Of a stretch of 64,000 nt of DNA, positions 29,501-45,185 are shown piece after piece (positions within the stretch are counted from its first letter, which is position 1; every line of letters starts with the position of its first letter). Source of the DNA: the human T2T-CHM13v2.0 reference genome, Homo sapiens; assembly GCF_009914755.1 (NCBI RefSeq), contig NC_060928.1; one strand, given 5' to 3'. A program made the translations under genes and the position numbers. Below the pieces are notes generated by a model. The model saw only the letters and a list, made by a program, of their open reading frames with translations. It was not told the origin of the DNA and made no database searches.

Positions 29501-30798
29501 AACAAGGATGCTGTTAGGTTGTCTATCTACTCTGAATCCCTACTTAGGAGGAAAGTCACGTATCTGGTTGTGCAAATCAAAGAGCTTTGACAGTTTGTTT
29601 TTTGTTTGTTTTTATTTGGGTGCAATTTTTCTAGAAGACTAAATAACCTGTAAAAGATTAAAAACCATGATTGAGTGTGCCTAGAAATAAAGACCACCCT
29701 TGACTGGGCTTTTTCTACCCAAGTCCAAGTGAACTGCTTTATCCATTTAGTCAATACATATTCAGTGATGCTGGTTATTTACAAAGTATTTTATCTACAT
29801 TCTGTATTAATTCTCAACAGTCCTGTGAGATCATTGTTTATTCTTGTTAATACACATATACGCACACAGAAGAGAGAAGTGGGGAACCCCACAAGCCTTG
29901 AGAATTTCAAGAATTTGTGGATTTCAGAATGGTTGAGCAGCTCATAGCTTTTCTAACACTGAACTTTTCTCTCTCCAAGTCCCAGTCGCTCGTCAAAAAC
30001 TGTGCCATCAGCGCAAGACCCTGTGATTTCTGTGGTATTCTAATTTTATCTGAGATTTATTAGAATATATGAGGTGGAAAAAAAAGTTGTGCAACAGGAG
30101 ATTGGACTCTGGCATCCCACAGCGTATCTTCCCTGCCAACTTCCTAATAAAGGGTGAACTCCAAATATTAAAAAGTTATTAACGTGCTTGAAAGTCTTTC
30201 CAAATGCTTCAAAAAGCTAGCAGACACATCCAGTATCATTTATTCAGCAAACATGTACTGAGTTTGTTTTGTGCTCAGCATTCCCGACTAAGTAGGACAT
30301 TGACCAGGCCATCATGGGTTAGGCTCGGAAGGGAGGGGCCCAGATGCAGAATGAATTGATTAGTTCTGTGGGTGAAACAGATTCAGTGTCCTCTGAGGAG
30401 GGACTGACCAGCTCTGCCTGGGGGAGTAAGGAGAAGCTTCAGGAGAGAACCAAGAGCTGAGAGTGGAGAGTTTGGGAGAAGGCTGAAGCTGGGTAGAGAA
30501 GCTGGAGGGGGAGGGCTGTGTGTCCGGAGGATGGCAGGTGACTGGTGTGGCTAGAGAGGCACCGGAGCAGAGGAGGTGAGGGAGGCTTTACCAGCTGTGG
30601 AAGGCCTTGCTTTCCACACCCAAAGTGCCATGGAAAACATGAAAATGTGCTTTCTATCAAGGGATACGGTCAGAAATCGAACAAAATATTTCCTACCTGT
30701 CTATATCATTGGAGAAATTGTTCTAGGTCCTTTAAGGAATTTTAGGACCCTTACTAACACCTTTCTTCTTTTCCAATAGCATCATCTGTCTTAGATAA

Positions 30799-31122
30799 TA
30801 GTTGGCCCTCTGGATCCCTGGGTTCCACATTCATGGATTTAACCAACCACAGATCAAAAATATTTGGAAAAACAAAACAAAAACAATAATACAACAATAG
30901 AAATAATACAAGAAAAAAAGCAATATAGCATGACAGCTATTTATATAGCCTTTACATTAGGTATTATAAGTAATCTAGAGATGATTTAAAATATACAGGA
31001 GGATGTATGTAGGTGATGTGCAAATGCTAGGACATTTTTTTATCAGGGACTTGAGCATGTGTGGATTTTGGTATCCGAAGGGTTCCTGGAACCAGTCCCC
31101 CTCAAATACCGAGGGACAACTG
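30799..31122 (-). mobile_element. MER2-type (TcMar-Tigger) MITE
   Basis: TIRs agttggccctc...gagggacaactg followed by TA. The reverse complement matches the MER2 consensus as I recall it (ggttccagga...ggataccaaaatccac...gctcaagtccctgat...aaatcatctctagattacttataatacctaat). Confidence 0.85.
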
Positions 31123-32584
31123 TACTCACGAGACAGGTTGTTAGAGTTTAAGAGATTCCTAAATCATAAAACCTCTTGTAAAAAGGAAGACTTATACATA
31201 CAAAGAACTCAGCTAGTCAAGACTAAGAAAGTACCAGTGGGAAGTAAAGCCACGGTTTTAAATAGTAATGTAATGAATGCTTCCCAAGGGCTTGAAAGTC
31301 GTTTGTCTTAAGCAGCACTTTTGCCAATTGTTATACTACTGATTTATTTGACAAGCCCCCTTTTTAGTTGTTAGTGAAAATCTCAGAGGTATCACAGATT
31401 TCAAATTAATGTGGTCTCAATCAGTGAGGCTTCCTCTTGCAATAATCTGAGATGGCAAGTAGCTGTTCTAGGATACCTCTTTTTGCTACTCTTCTGTCCC
31501 TTAACTGAATGTCATTTCAATACCAAGTCCTCTTCTCTAATATGCATTCAACCATGCATGTACAAATATTGACTTGTCCCTTTGCTCAACCCTAAGCCCA
31601 CTGCACGCTTTACTATTTTCATTCTTACATAAAAGATCTAGAACAGAAAATAGATTGGAAGTACTATATAGATCCACTACATACAGTCAAGGGGAAGTCT
31701 CAAGTTTTCTCATGTTTCCTTTTATAACGTGGACAACTGAAAGTTAAATATGTCCGTTTGATATGGGTAATTTAAGCAGCTATAGGTACTTGGTGATTAT
31801 TGTAAACCTAAGACCTTAAATAATACATAAGGAATCAATTTCAACACTAATAACATCTGATCAACAAAGAGTTCCTTTTATAAGATGAGAACGGCATGGA
31901 ATTATTTCTAGTTGCCTTAAATGAATTTTAAACACCCGTTATGCGAGGGAGAGTAGGTATGGTCTGTAAGAGGAACTCCAGGAAGCCCATGTGGAATTTT
32001 GCAGTTTCCTCTTTACAGGTGACCTGTTAAACAGCCTGCATGTCATGGTAGTGAGATGTAACAGAAAAGCTATGTTAATTAAGGTGACTGATTACCATTC
32101 AAATACATGTAAATCACAGTCTACCCAGAGGAAGATAGGAGTCCTCTAACTGCAGGCTTCTTCCGAAGAATTAAAGGGCTTTCTGAAAAGCTGAGGCTCT
32201 CAAAGTGTGGGTATGGTACCCACACTGGTGGTGTCAGCATCACCATCACTGGGTACATGTCCATGGCATCCAGTGGGTACCAGGACATCCATTTCTTACC
32301 CACTACTAGAAATAAGCAATTCGCTTACGGTTAGCAATATTACCATGAAAAAATGTTAATTTGACAATATTGAGACCAAAGCAAAACAGAATTTTGATAT
32401 TTGCTAAAAAAGAAAAGGCCTGAAATTAGTGGGCTGGTTGAAAGGGGACTGGAATTGCAAGCTGCTCCCATCTGCCATTCCAGCTTTTAAGGCTTCTTAA
32501 TTGAATTGGAAGCTCAGTTGAAAAAAGAAAAGGATCATCTATTCTTTCCTCTGTTTTCAGATAAAGTCCTAAGAACTTTTTTGA

Positions 32585-33105
32585 GGGCAATTTATACCCA
32601 TTAAAATGTCAAATTCACATATCCTTTGACCCAATAATCTCATTTCTAGACATGTTTGCCACAGAAAACTCAAAACAAGTATACAGTACAAATTAGTTGT
32701 ACAGGCAGCTTTATTGCTACACTATTTGCACTAATGAGTACTTGAAGAGAGCATGTCTATCATTAATAAAGAATGGTTTATACTATGGAATACTATGAGG
32801 CCATTCAAAAGCATGAAATAAACCTTCATGTACCAACATGGAAGGATACCCATGATACATCGTTGAAAGATACAAGATCACTGAGGGAAAATGTGCATAT
32901 GCTTCATCCAACTTTTGTGAACAAAAACCCAAACATGTAAACATATGGGTGTTGTAAGTATTTATATTTGTATAGTAAAGGTTCTGGAAAGATAGCACCA
33001 AGATTTTATTGGTGTTTTGCCCTGTGGAGTGGAATTGTATGAGGATTGGTGGTTATGTGGGAAATTCTTTACATTTACTTTATTATCGTACTACTTTCAC
33101 TTTAT
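32585..33105 (+). mobile_element. Ancient L1M(E)-type 3' fragment
   Basis: catatcctttgacccaataatctcatttctag...tatggaatactatgaggccatt. Confidence 0.65.
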
Positions 33106-33270
33106 TTTTTAATTAATATTTTATCTTTAATTTTTGTGGGTACATAGGTGTGTATATGGGCTATTTGGATATGGACATGCAATGCGTAATAATCACATCA
33201 GGGTAAATGGGGTATCCATCACCTCAAGCACTTATCCTTTGTATTACAAACAATCCAGTTATACTCTTAT
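33106..33270 (-). mobile_element. L1MA-type 3' end fragment
   Basis: ttttgtgggtacataggtgtgtatatggg...aatcacatcagggtaaatggggtatccatcacctcaagca. Confidence 0.8.
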
Positions 33271-33585
33271 ACTTTCTGATACTTCAGTTTCTCACAATGA
33301 ATATTCCTTTTCTAAAAAAGAAAAAAAAAGGAAGAAACTAAGTCCCAGGCATATTAAGAGAGAGCTAATTAGCTGTAGAACTAATTCTGACACTCTATTT
33401 CCCAATCAGTATTATTCAGAATTATTTTTTACTTCCCTGTAATAGTTACTCAATTTTAGAGCCAGAATTTAGCCTAATCTACTCATTTAACCTCTAAGAA
33501 AACTGAGCCCAGGGGGTGCTAAGTTCCTGGCGAGTGGTCCTCAGGTGGTGACTGAGGACTGAGTTAGCCTCCTCCGGCAACCCTA

Positions 33586-33620
33586 CCCCCGTCCCACCCC
33601 ACCCCACCCCACCCCACCCC
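33586..33620. repeat. (CCCCA)n repeat; G-quadruplex potential on the - strand
   Basis: cccccgtcccaccccaccccaccccaccccacccc. Confidence 0.85.
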
Positions 33621-35957
33621 TGGGCAAAGTGAAAGTGAAGCAAACTGAGAGGAACTCCACTGTCCCTTCTGCTTACTCAGCAGATGGGAGCCAGCCACTT
33701 TGTTTTGTCCTGGGGCCTGTCCTTGATGGCTTCTAAGACTAAAAATCAAAGCTGTAAATTTGTGTAATTTAGAGATTGAAGGTACTGATCGTTGTTGTCA
33801 GTGACTGGAAACCAGGCCTATTGAGCAAGAGCCATTGTTCAGTGCCTGTCAGCCCAGAGAGTGTGCCGAATGCACTGGCCATCTTAGACACAGATCTACT
33901 TGGTGGTGTTCTGTGTTTTTTCTCCTAAAAGAAGGCTTCTCACACCACCACTGATGAGAAAACAATTCGAGGAAAACGTAGGCACACTCAGTACATGAAG
34001 GGAGACACTATTAAAAGCAAAAAGAGGGTTATTGTCAAACTTAGAACGATGCTAATTTGAGTTCTGAGCTCTAAAACTGGTAGAATTCAAACATTAAATG
34101 TAGAATGTACTAGTATTCTATGCCTTAAACAGTTGAAAGGAAAGGCTTACATTGGCAAAATGTATTTCACACCAAATAATGATCCTAAATCAGTCTTTTG
34201 CAACGTCATAAGATGCAGCTTTGTAAGTATACTTTATTTCTAAACTTTACCAATCTCAAAGGCTACCTGGAGCTCTTATTTCTGAAATAATTTCAAGATG
34301 TTCATTCTCTACAGTTTTGTGGTATGATTAACTTCGAAGTCCACTGCAGACACAAATGAACTTTCCCTAAAATGCAACACGAGAGTACTAACTACAGTCA
34401 GTAAAGATGAGAGGGGGTTATTTTGTAGCTCTTCCTGCAGGCTGTGAGAATTTTTTTCGTTAAAAAATTCGTTAAAAAAGCAGGATGTACTGCTTCAGTC
34501 CTTACCATGAGAGCCACTCCCATCGGAACATAAATTAGTCTTAGTATATTTCAGGTTCTCCCACATGTTCACATTCCAACTGGGTGCAACAGTTGACTTT
34601 TGTCTTTAACTTTCCTTGGCAAACCGATAGCATCAGAGGAAGAGATAAGCTGCCCCTTAGGGAGCTGATTGTAATGCGTTCCAGACGTCTGCACGCCCCT
34701 GGTGCAAGCACCAGCTTTCTGTTAAAGACTCAGGGTTATGTTGTTTGGATGTTTTGTTGTTTGCTTTTTGAAAAAGCCAGATCAGATTTTTGTCATTGTA
34801 TAAACTCCAGTAGGAGAAGAGGGATGCGTTTTTAAGGTGATTTCTAGAATGCTCTGGCCGACTTAGCTGCAGAAGAAAAAGGAGAAAGGAAGAGACAGTG
34901 TATATTTTGGCACTGAAACTTCTTTAGTAACAATGCATTCATTCACAAATCTGGAGAGAACTGAATGTCTGCTTTTTAAAGTCTGAATTGAATTCTCGAC
35001 TAGACTTTGAGACCCTGAGAAGGTTTTCAATCCAAACCATGCTTAATATTCACGTTTTATCATTATTGATGGAAAGTGAAAGAAAATTTGAATTCTTGGT
35101 AGCCAGATTTGACATTAGACTTTTACATTTATAACCTCACTTAAACTTTACAAGAAATCTCATTACAGGTATTATTATCCCCATTTTTAAAGCAAAAAAA
35201 AAACACTGACCCTTGGAAAGAAGAACTGGCACTATTGAGATTCACACCACGTGTGGCTGGCTGCATCAGGGGGCTCATAAAGAATTCAGAGCTGGCCCCC
35301 AGCTTATCTTCCCCATTCCCTCTTCTCACCCCCAAGCTACCTCCATTAAAAGAGATGCCAGGCTATATTTATTTTATTATGTATACTTACGAATGCATTT
35401 GCTCATCTTTGGTGTCATAAAATACAATGAATAAACTCCTATCCAGTTTTTCAGTGTATTTCCTTAATTTTTAAAGCAATAAACTCCTTTAATCCTCCCT
35501 TATACTCAATACTAAAAAATGAAAGATCTGATTTTAAGCAGGAAAAGTTTTGTCTTAGCATATAGCCAGGAAACTTCATCTGCCTAGGTCCTGAAATGTA
35601 AGTGATCTGCCAGAACCAAGCGTGGGGGTAGCTCGCGAGGCCTCAGCCCTCCTGCTCCTGTGTGAGAGTGCTTTCTTCTGCAACCTGGCTCCTGGAAGGA
35701 ATGAATGCTCCCCCTTCAGCCCCTACTCCCCACCAAGAATTTAAAAGATAAGAGGGAAACATTTCCCTGACTCTAAAATGGTTTGTTTTTAATATGGTAT
35801 GTCCAGGCCTGCACTACTAAAATCCTTCATAAAAGTCCTCTAGAAGATAACGATTGTTCACATTGCAAACCTGTTTGAAAAGCCTGGAAAAAATGCAGTA
35901 TACTGTAGGGAAAGTCAGTCTCCTTTTCTCACTTATATAATTTGTAAGTCTGTCATT

Positions 35958-35960
<3 letters not shown>

Positions 35961-35990
<30 letters not shown>

Positions 35991-36269
35991 AGATGGAGTT
36001 TTGCTTTTGTTGCCCAGGCTGGAGTGCAATGGTGCGATCTTGGCTCACCACCTCCACCTCCCAGGTTCAAGCTATTCTCCTGCCTCAGCCTCCTGAGTAG
36101 CTAGGATTACAGGCGTGCACCACCACACCTGGCTAATTTTTTTATTTTTAGTGGAGACGGGGTTTCTCCATGTTGGTAAGGCTGGTCTTGAATTCCTGAC
36201 CTCAGGTGATCCGCCCGCCTCGGCCTCCCAAAATGCTGGAATTACAGGCATGAGCCACCGCGCCCAGCC
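35961..36269 (-). mobile_element. Alu (AluSp/Sq-like)
   Basis: Perfect 16-bp TSD taagtctgtcatttct at 35945-35960 and 36270-36285; long poly-T. Confidence 0.96.
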
Positions 36270-36745
36270 TAAGTCTGTCATTTCTAATATGCTCTCCTAG
36301 TTTTAGCTCAGTAGTAGCTGAGTATTATACAAAATAAGCTCTTTTTACTGCTGCTTAGCATGTGTCTGCGAACCCTAGCTCAGTACCTGGCATTCCATGG
36401 GTAGGCAAGAAAAGTTTGCAGAATGAATTAATCTGGCCCAAGTGTGACTGAGAGGCCAGAGGAGGTCAGTGGGTGCCGTCTCCCAGGCCAGCAGCACACA
36501 CACAGCTTCCTACAGTCTCCCTTCTTGTCTTTGTCTCTTTACATCCTCTTCCCTTCCTCCCATGTGTCTCTAACCTGCCAATTGCACCAACATTTATTCC
36601 CTGCTGCAGAGCCTGTGGACCCACAGTCTGGCTTACCTTTATTTTCTCCATCTCCAGAATATGTCTCTCCTCCATACCCCCATAAATTAAAAGTGACTTA
36701 AATATATAAAATGGAAGAGAGAGGCAGGATAAAACTGTTTGATAA

Positions 36746-37104
<359 letters not shown>

Positions 37105-37893
37105 GAAACCTGTTTCTATTAAAAGACTTATACCTTGGAACTTTAATAAGTAATTTATTAAAGAACCGTTAATATTAGACATTAAAATAATTATGACTCC
37201 CTTACCCCTATTTGATAAGCATATAGGTGACGTTACACTAAATACTATCCCTGTCTGCCAAAATAATCTAATGTTGAAGCAGTCCACCGCATTTCAGGTC
37301 TCCTGGAAATGTGCTGCGATTTTCTGAAAATTAGAGGCAACAACTTGCTGTTAAGGACAGGAAAAAAAGAGGAGGCTAAGACGCAAGGTCCTCTGAAGCT
37401 TCTGCCAGCTCTCTCACCAGAACCTAACTCTTGATACCAGTGGAGTGAATCTGGAAGTCTCCTGCCTTCCTGAGTGAGTTGGAGACGTAGACACTACCTG
37501 GACAGGCTGGAGAAATGAGGGACTTAAAACGTAGCACACCCCTTGCCCCATGCCACCTGACTAGAAATGCCTGCCAAAGGTATATGGACATGCAAGGCTG
37601 GCACAGATGTAAAGCTCAATATATTAAACTAGATAGCAAAGAAATATACACCAAGCCCAGCAATACAAAGCACCCTGCCTTCATGCAGTTAAACATTCTT
37701 CTGTTTTAGGCCACACTGTACTTGCTGGCTTCATGTGGCTTCATGAAGGCAAGTGCTGTGTCTGTTTTGATCACTACTAGATTTCTGGCACCCAACATGT
37801 AGTAAAAGCTCAATCAGTATTTGTTAAATTCATTGAGAGAGCTGGGAAAGAAGGTAGAATGAAAAGAAAAGAAAAGAAACAAACAAAAACACA

Positions 37894-38084
37894 AGCCTGG
37901 GCAACATAGCTAGACTATCTCTACAAAAATTAGCCGGGTGCAGTAACTCACACCTGTAGTGCCAGCTACTCGGGAGGCTGAGGCAGGAGGATTGCTTGAG
38001 CCCAGGAAGTCAAGGCTGCAGTGAGCCGTGACTATGCCACTGCACACTCCAGCCTGGGCAACAGAGTGAGACCCTGTCTCAAAA
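37894..38084 (+). mobile_element. 5'-truncated Alu (AluJ-type)
   Basis: agcctgggcaacatagc...right arm...gaccctgtctcaaaa. Confidence 0.9.
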
Positions 38085-39429
38085 GGAAAGAACCATCCAC
38101 AAAGTTAGTAGTGCCTACAAGAGTGTAGTTGCTCTTTAAGCTTGAATTTTTGGTTATTTTGCAAGAGGTATTATTTGCCTTAAGCCATGGTAATTAGATT
38201 TATTCTGCTTTGTGGGCTTTTAGATGAGTTAATCGGCTACAATTTCTCTTAATTCCCTCTAATGCTTTCTAGGTGTGGATATCAAGAAACCTACATGTTG
38301 TGTTTAGAATATTTTATGTATCACAGATATCAGTGGGTAGTAGACTTTGCACTGGAATTGCCCTTTTCCCTGCCTCAGTTGTTTTTGGTAATATTAACTC
38401 TTTATTTACTGTTAAACTTTACAAAAAATGTCAAGTTTACTTTTTAGGACTAATAAATTAGTTTTCATAATTTTAGCCATTTAGGAAAAACAGAAGAAAC
38501 CACATTGCAGTGTAAAGGGAGAAAAGTCACACATAGCTAATTATTGATAGGAAAATGAGAAGTGAGATAGCAACATCTGAGAGGACTTCATATATGAGCA
38601 TCTCACAGAGTAACTTTTTCTTTTAGCCAGCATAATTACTAGCTTTTCCCATGTGTGTACAGACATTTTTTTCCTTAGAAATTTTGGCCTTAAAAGTCAA
38701 ATACAGGTTGTTTTACAGATGATCAATGGTCCTTCTAGAAGAAGTCCACAGAAGCTCTCAGATGCCCTCTAGACCAGCCTTTACTCACTCCTCTGTCAGC
38801 ATCCTGCCTCCCAGCTCGCATTTTACCAAAGCTAGAAAAGACCCTCAAGGGCCTGGGTGCGTGGAATTATTAGAGACCAGATAAAAGACATGTAAGGAGT
38901 GCTGGTGTGGCAGATGCTGCGAAAAAAATGTGCCACAACCTCTGAGGGCAGGAAACTGAAAGACCTCGTGTGGTTTGGAGGCCTGAGGAAAGAGCCTCAG
39001 GAAATGATGTTTGACCTGACATCTGAAGGCTAAATGGGAGACAGAGACAGGTGTGCAGTCAGGAGGAATCGCACATTGAAGGGAAGGGCTGAGACTCTGA
39101 GAATGGGGGTGGGAGGGAGAAAAGAAGAGGCTACAGGGGGCGACCAGGCCTGGTGGGCCAGGTGAAGGAATTTGGAGTTGATCCCAAGAGCAAGCGAAAG
39201 TCACTGGGGACAGGGAAGTCAAGAGTCACAGGATTCCATGTGGTTTTTGAAACTGGCTGCATGGAAGAGAACAGCGTGTGGGAGAAGTGTAGGAGAGGGA
39301 AAGGCAGGACTCATGATGGTTGAGATGAGACGGATGGAGACAGGCAGCTCTGACTTCTGCGGTTCTGACTTGTGAAACAGGATCAGGGATGGTGCCACTG
39401 ACTAAAGAGGAAGAGAGGATTCCAGTAAC

Positions 39430-39720
39430 AACTAAGCACTATTCTCTTTTAATCTCTGCAACAGCCCTACTCTGTGGGTTCTATTATTACCCCATTACAT
39501 AGATGAGAAAACAGAGGTACGAAAGATTAAATTTGTCTAGAGTCTCCTGGTAAGTGTTCAGTAAATGTTTGCTACTACTGCCTCTGTTTACTCATGGAGT
39601 CATTCATTCATTCATTCATGGATGGTATGCTGTATCTAAGATAATACATTGTTGAACAGAATAGATGTGAACTCTGCTCTTGAGAAAGACTGGTAGTGGG
39701 AGAAAAAGACAATAAACAAG
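39430..39720 (-). mobile_element. MIR followed by an L2 3' end
   Basis: attattaccccattacatagatgagaaaacagagg; then (CATT)n...tgtgaactctgctcttgag. Confidence 0.6.
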
Positions 39721-40469
39721 CAGTTATCTTGCTTGGACAAGCTGGTCAGGGATGGTAGGACGGTCTAGGTTTCTTAGACTGGAATGTTACAATTCTAGCT
39801 CTTGCATAAATCTTGGATGGATATACAGAGGAAAAATACGTATTGACAAAGCCAAAAAAATGTTTCCCAGATGTTCTCTGAGGTTCCACAGGCATCCCCA
39901 ATGAGTTAGATCAGAAGTAGGCCCTGTGCCGATTTTGTAGGTGGGAAGCTGAAGATGCAAGAAGAGAACAGCCGTGCAGCTGTGCTGAGGTCTCAAAGAG
40001 CAAGGGTTCCAGGTGCCGCCGCTCCTGCTGTCCAGCAGGTTCAGCTGCCTTTGGGCCCACCAAGGTAGGAAATGGCCCATATCTGACTGCCTCTGTACAG
40101 GTCAAATCACAGCTCCCTGTTCTCTACTATATATAGTAACGACCTTACATAAGAGTGCTATTAAAAAAGGACGACAGAGAGGAAAAGAGAATGCCAGCTG
40201 AATTTTTTCCACTAAAGCTCATTTTTAACAGATGTGTTTTCTCTGTTTCCACAATGACAGTGTACCAGGGGACTGTTCTCCAGGTCAGGAGGGAAGCAAC
40301 CCAGGTACTTGTAGGACTGTAATTGGGTCCGTCTGTGCTGAGCACAACAATAAAATTACTTGTACTTCCCTTTTTATTTAATGTTACTCTCCTCATCAGT
40401 TCCCATTTTCCTGATATTTGTGGGAAGGAGGCCATGAAGAAGGATGAAAACACTGTAAAAATAATTTAA

Positions 40470-40817
<348 letters not shown>

Positions 40818-41289
40818 TGAAAAGGAATGTTCTAAGTTCAGCAAAATGAGTGATTAACATGTAAGTGGTACGTCTATCTTAAATGCTTTAAATTATAATT
40901 CATGATTTTTTAATTAAGGCTTTCTTATTCCATCTGATCTCTTATACACTCTAGTACCCAGTGATACACAAATTTTGTTAATTTTGGTAAGTCAGTCTGT
41001 CTGTGCAGTGTGTGACCTTGACATTATGTAATATGAATGGGATGGCTACGTGTTCCCTTTTCCCCAGGACAGTCAATCTGCCAGTTGTCTAGAGTTCTAT
41101 ATAGTTCAGCCTTTGTCCCAGATTAAAGGGCCCACATTTGGACACTGAATTATTTACATGACCGTCCTGAATACTAATAGCTCACATTTATCAAAGGCAT
41201 GCTTGAACATTGCTCAAAATACTTCACATGTACTACCACATTTCATCTTCACAGTCTAGGAGGGAAGTGCTGTCATGACCCCCATTTTA

Positions 41290-42084
41290 TTTATTTTAGA
41301 TTCACTGGTTACATGGGCAGGTTTGTTACAAGGGTATATTCATGATGCTAAGGTTTGGGTTTCCATTGATCCTCTCACCCAGGTGGTGCACACAGTACCC
41401 AAGAGGATGTTTTTCAGCCCCTCCCCACCTCCTTCTCTCCCCACTTTTGGAGTACCCAGTGTCTGTCGTTCCCATCTTCATGTTTGTGTGTACACAGTGT
41501 TTAGCTCCCACTTATCAGGAGGTATTTGGTTTTCTGTTCCTGCATTAATTTGTTTAGGATAATGGCCTCGAGCTGCATCCATGTTGCTACAAAGGACATG
41601 ATTTTGCTCTTTGTTGTAGCTGTATAGTATTCCATGGTGTGTATGTACCACATTGTCTTTATCCAATCCACCATTGATGGCATCTAGGTTGGTTCCACGT
41701 CTTTGCTGTTGTGAACAGTGCTATGAGGAGCAAGTGTACATGTACCATGTGGGGTTTTTTGGTAGAATGATTTATTTTCCTTTAGGTATATACCCAATAC
41801 TGGGATTGCTGAGTCTAATGGTAGTTCTATTTTTAGAACTTTGAGAAATTTCCAAACTGCTTTCCACAGTGGCCTAATTTACATTCCCACCAACAATGTA
41901 TAAGCATTCCCTTTTCTCCACATCCTGGCCAGCAGCTGTTGTTTTGACGTTGTAGTAATAGCCATTCTGACTGGTGTGAGATGGTATCTCATCGTGGTTT
42001 TGGTTTGCATTTCTCTGATGATTAGTGATGCTGAGCATTTTTTCATGTTTGTCAGCTGCTTTTATATCTTCCTTTGAGAAATAT
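41290..42084 (-). mobile_element. 5'-truncated L1 (old primate L1PA/L1PB-type): ORF2 C-terminus plus 3'UTR, inserted in a MIR
   Basis: The minus-strand ORF 41501-41683 (DWIKTMWYIHTMEYYTATTKSKIMSFVATWMQLEAIILNKLMQEQKTKY) is the L1 ORF2p C-terminus; 15-bp TSD atgacccccatttta at 41275-41289 and 42085-42099. Confidence 0.93.
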
Positions 42085-43943
42085 ATGACCCCCATTTTAA
42101 AGATGAAGAAGCAGGTTCAGAAAAATTAAGTGATCAAAGAAACTCAGCCAGTAAATAATAGAGTCTAAAATTTAAACACAGGCAGTCTAACTCCAGAGCC
42201 TACATGGCTAAGAAGTACAGCATTACCTTTCATTCCTAAACCAGTTAAGAAGTATATGAATAAAACTCCTAGAGGATGGAAGGGTCCTTTGGAACTGGGA
42301 AGTTCTTGGAGTCCTTGAATAGAAATGCTTTCCCAATTTGCCAGTGCAGGGGCCCTTTATGGGAAACAGTGAGGACCATCCAACAGTCCAATTAACTGAG
42401 CACAAAGCACAAGGCATATTTGTTGTTCTTTCTTTTGAAAACATAAATGTTAGAAAAGTTCAGAAATGAAGAGATTTAGAAGTATAAACTTATAACTGTT
42501 GGAACCATCCTCGTATTTTCTAGACCAGTCTTCCTTCTCTCGACAACCCTTCTCTCATGGCCATTCCTCGCCCTCCATGTTTTCATGAACAGTGTGATTG
42601 ACTACTCTGATTTTGTTAGCTAGCCAAAGTGGAAAATGAGAACTCGGTGAGTGGGCTGGTGTATGCTGCCTGCCAGAGGCAGCGCTCTGTAAGACGACTT
42701 CATTGTTTGCTTACCCTAATGCTCCATTACATCTCAGGATTTATTTATAAATTATTTGTTTTAGGATATGGTACTAGCTTCATGAACCCCATTGTAGACT
42801 TCACATTTAGAAGTGTTTTTTCCAACTCTTTTTTACTTAATTTTCATGAGAATAGTCCTTACGTCAAGATGAAAGAAAGGTGAAACACCAGGTAGAATCA
42901 GCAAACTGATAAGCAGCCCTGTTTAAATCCATGGAAAGGTAATGTTTAAAGAAGACATTTGTTTTAATTGATTTTTATTTTACGTGTACACATTAACTTC
43001 ATAAATCTTACCTTTCATACCAAGAAGCCTAGATCAGCTAGCGTGTTAATATGCTGACGGCTGAGAGCAAAAATAGATAACCTAAAGTTGTCTAACAAAT
43101 TAGACATCACTTAAGAGGAAACTCAAGTGTGTTTCAGGGAGCAGTGGCAGATCTGCCTTAGATTTTTAACCACTGCATCATCCTGTTAATCAAGATCAAT
43201 CAGATACAAAAATCTTTGGTCAGAACCAGTATTACAAAAGAACCTAAGAATTTCTGCTTTCTCATCTTTCTGTTTACCATAACACAGGCATATATCCAAA
43301 AACATATAGAAAGCAAAAATTTGGAGAGAATGACATGCGCTTTCCTAAATGCACCTTAATGCTTTCCCTGGTGTTACTATTACTACTGTTGGAAGCATCA
43401 CTGTTGAAATGAGCCTGTACGTCACACACATTGCTCCCCACACAGCAACACTTCTGATGAGGGCAGCCCCCTGCCTTGTTATTCATTGAGAAATAGAAAC
43501 TCTGATTATTTAGAGCAAAATTTCAGATTTGAAGAAGTTTTCCTAATAAGGAAGAATGATGTAATTTTCATGGAGGGGGGCCAGGTTCCCTTCATTTGTT
43601 TTATTTATATTAGCTGAATTCCAGGGGAAAATGGGCTATGAAGCATGAGGGCTGCTAACTATATTTAGCCACACAAAGTTAGTACATCAGGGGTCATTTT
43701 TTCTTTAAGTTATACACTCATAAATGGGCTGGAAGATATTTTTCCCGGCATCTTGTTTTTATAAAGTTTGATCAAGCATAAATACTTTTATTAAGATGCT
43801 ATCTTTTATTTCGAGTGTGAAGAAAGTATCCATTGTAATCTCTTTAATTTGGCATGTTTCTCTGAGATACTGGTTTTTGGGTCAAAAGATGGATAACTAA
43901 TAACAATACCTTGGTTCAGAAGATTGTATTAACTTTCCAGAGT

Positions 43944-44237
<294 letters not shown>

Positions 44238-45185
44238 TCCAGAGTGGGCTTTAAGAAGGAAGCAATAGTAGTTTCTTGGAAGAAAGATAATGTGTGTTTA
44301 AGAGTCCCGTTCTGCCCATTGTCTGGCACTATTCAATCTGGATTCACTCCCATCCCCCTCACCTTACTCTAAATATAAAAATAGTCGGTGCGTCTTAAGA
44401 CAGTAGACTATCATTTTTGTACTTTTGCATTAAGACTTTTATTTAAATGTATTTATAAACTGGAGAAAAATTTGTAGCATTTAAACATAAAACCTCAGCG
44501 TTATAATTGGTCATTCCTTCCTCTTGTCAACGTGTTACAACATTTTTGCTTTGCTCTGTTACATGACTCGGGGCTTACCTGCATTTCACGTGAGAGAAAA
44601 GTCAAATTCATCTCCACCCCACAGCCTGCTATCTTCTGCCTTTTACCCTAAATCTTTGGAGGCGACAGCTTCCTCCCCATGACTGATAGTTATCCATGCT
44701 CACAGCTGCTGGCAGGACTGACTCCTTTACAACTGTGGCCTTGTAGTTGATCTGAACAGGATGATCCTGTCTATGGAAGCGGAGTCTTCTCTCACTGCCT
44801 GAAGGAGAAGGCTCTGCTGGAGATGGAGGGCTCTCATCTGTCAATGGGTAGCACCGACGGTGCCCCAGACATGCTGACCATGTGTGGATGTCTTAGAAGA
44901 GTGGAAAGGCTTGAGAAATGCAAGCTTAGAATCATTTCTAATATTACTTGATGGGAAGTCAGCAAATAGGAAACTTGTAAAAAATTGGAGGACAACTTTT
45001 TGCCACTATCATGGACAAATCTATCACCACTACCCCAAATATCGGTCCCTCAGAGACCAAGTCCTTAGATTCTGAGGCTCTGCTGTATAATTCCTGTTCA
45101 GTAGAGCATCTGGCGAACCTCTAGTAGGACAAACAGACAGTAACCCTTGTGAGAAGTGAGGGAACTTTTAGAACTAGGCCTCAAG

